A stretch of 64,000 nucleotides of DNA from a bacterium (GTDB lineage Bacteria; UBA8248). The position numbers were made by a program, and so were the translations under genes. Shown here piece by piece: positions 62,373 through 64,000 of the stretch. The first letter of the stretch is position 1. The number at the start of each line of letters is the position of its first letter. The notes under the pieces were generated by a model. It was not told the DNA's origin and made no database searches. It saw only the letters and a program-made list of their open reading frames with translations. The stretch lies in assembly GCA_965199855.1 (NCBI GenBank), contig OZ241326.1, positions 1 to 64,000 of the forward strand, in the 5' to 3' direction.

Positions 62373-62909
62373 ATGGGGAGCCGACTGACGCGCGCCGCCC
62401 TCCTGCTCTCCGCCCTGGCGCTTTCGCTCCCCGCTTCCGGGGCGCGTGGCGCGACCGTTGAGGAGACCAAGAATCGGATCGCCCGCTTCGAGCTCTTCGC
62501 CGATTGCCGGCCGATGTATCTTCTCGTGGAAAGATTGCCTGCCGACGCTTCAAAGATCGGCCTCACGGAGGAGGCCATCCGGGCCGCCGCGGAGAGCCGC
62601 CTGCGCTCGGCGCGCCTCTACCGCTCCATTCGTTCCGCTCCCTATCATTCTCTTTACATCAATGTAAACGTGGTTGGGCGAGGCTTTAGTATCAGGCTGG
62701 AGTTCAAGAAAGATGTTTATGACCCTCTCTCGGGGGACACGGGAGTTGCGACTACCTGGAATATGGGCGGCGCCGGCACGCACGGCGGTAGCGAAGCGAA
62801 TTACATTCTGTCCTCAATATCCCGGCACATGGACGAATTCCTCGTCGAGTTTCTGCGCGTGAACGAGAAGGCGTGCGAGAAGCGCTTCGCCCCGTCCGGC
62901 GACCGCTAG
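62373..62909 (+). CDS. Exported hypothetical protein
   Basis: Signal peptide (AALLLSALALSLPA), two Cys (ADC, KAC); the 3' half is visibly more AT-rich than its neighbours. Confidence 0.6.
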   Translation: MGSRLTRAALLLSALALSLPASGARGATVEETKNRIARFELFADCRPMYLLVERLPADASKIGLTEEAIRAAAESRLRSARLYRSIRSAPYHSLYINVNVVGRGFSIRLEFKKDVYDPLSGDTGVATTWNMGGAGTHGGSEANYILSSISRHMDEFLVEFLRVNEKACEKRFAPSGDR

Positions 62910-63779
62910 TCACCCCGCCAGAATCAGCAGGACGATGCCCGCGAGAATCACCAGACCCCCGAGGAGGGTTTCGCGCATTCGGTCGCGCTCCCCGAAGAAG
63001 AACCAGCCGATGGCGATGGCCAGGAGAATCTCGACCTGCTTCACCGACTCCACGTAGGAGGTGAGCGTGAGGCGGTAGGCCTCCGCCTGCGCCAGACTCG
63101 TGATGAAGGCGAACAGCCCGAGCGCCGCGAAGGCCTTCCAGTGCCTAGGCGCGCTCCTGAAGCGGGCGGCGGACTTCCGCAGGGTCACGGGCAGGACGAC
63201 GAGCGAGGCCGCCCCGTACGCCGCGAGGGTCGCGAAGGGCCCGTCCGAGAGCACGGCCGCCTGCTTGAAGGTGATGACCGAGGGCGCGTACATGAGCGAG
63301 GAGAGCAGGGTGTAGCGCAGCCCCCTGTCGCGGAACAGGGCGCGAACCGGCTCGAACCAGCCGATTCTCGCGCGCGAGACGTTCAGCCCATACACCCCCG
63401 CCAGGGTGAGGCCGATGCCCGCCAGCCCCCACGCCGAGGGCGCCTCGCCCAGCGTGAGGAACGAAAGCGCCACCAGCCAGACGAGCGAGAGCTTCCAGAG
63501 CGAGGTCACCACCCCTATCGAGCCGTAGAGCAAGGCCTTCGAGAGCATGAGGGTGGCGAGGGTCTGCGAGAAGCCGAACAGGACGCATATCCACCAGAAG
63601 CCGGGCTGAATCTCCGGCATCCCCTTCGCCCACACCGCGATCGCCGCGAAGGGAAGCAGGAACGCGAACCGGCCCAGCACGTTGATGTATTCGTCGAGCT
63701 GGTGGCCGATGGACTTCATCGCCGCGTTGCGCGAAGCCTGCGCGAGCGCCGCGACGACGGAAAACGCCACCCAGTCCAT
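62910..63779 (-). CDS. DMT/EamA-family transporter
   Basis: About 10 TM in two repeats, LTLGEAP and FFFGER loops; start MDWVAF at 63779. Confidence 0.8.
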   Translation of the reverse strand: MDWVAFSVVAALAQASRNAAMKSIGHQLDEYINVLGRFAFLLPFAAIAVWAKGMPEIQPGFWWICVLFGFSQTLATLMLSKALLYGSIGVVTSLWKLSLVWLVALSFLTLGEAPSAWGLAGIGLTLAGVYGLNVSRARIGWFEPVRALFRDRGLRYTLLSSLMYAPSVITFKQAAVLSDGPFATLAAYGAASLVVLPVTLRKSAARFRSAPRHWKAFAALGLFAFITSLAQAEAYRLTLTSYVESVKQVEILLAIAIGWFFFGERDRMRETLLGGLVILAGIVLLILAG

Positions 63780-64000
63780 TCGATGCTCCAGCCCCCGGGC
63801 GGGACGACCCGAAAGGCGGGAGGCGCGCGCCCGGCGCGTCACGGAAAAGAATCACGGGCTTTCTACGCGGCATCGGGCCCTAAGTCCAACGGGAGCCGCC
63901 CGCGCGCGGGAGATTCCCTCTCCTCGCCCCGAAGCGTCTGACGCGCGCGGGCGGGCTGTGCTAGTCTGGCGGGAGCGTCCTTTTCGCCGCAAGGAGCCTC

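Overview
High-GC bacterial chromosomal window; a perfect parS palindrome at 23690-23705 suggests it lies near the origin. About 24.5 kb (36060-60500, minus strand) is two back-to-back complex I operons: a complete nuoA-N, then nuoABCDHJKLMN, which lacks nuoE, F, G and also nuoI. The rest is mostly metabolic and transport genes (homoserine dehydrogenase, TPP enzyme, double-domain 3-hydroxyacyl-CoA dehydrogenase, enoyl-CoA hydratase, CoA-transferase III, TAXI-TRAP, LhgO, Fe3+-type ABC transporter, amidase, a lone Mo-hydroxylase large subunit, ArsS-type radical SAM, MlaA, PLP histidine-type decarboxylase), two tRNAs (Pro-TGG, Phe-GAA) and a 5' part of an AddB-like gene that the ORF track misses. 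A low-GC islet (~9830-12650) holds a DNA methyltransferase-HNH fusion facing a two-gene operon of a small membrane protein and a ThsB-like TIR protein, a candidate defence system. A 16-bp tandem duplication has displaced the membrane gene's stop codon. Other signals are an OsmC-like selenoprotein split at an in-frame UGA with a SECIS-like hairpin, a candidate sigma54-driven ~175-nt sRNA, twin palindromic operators over an AAA-DUF4143 start codon, and a near-identical 119-bp tract shared by the two nuoL paralogues. All calls come from motif recognition by eye; no database searches were run.
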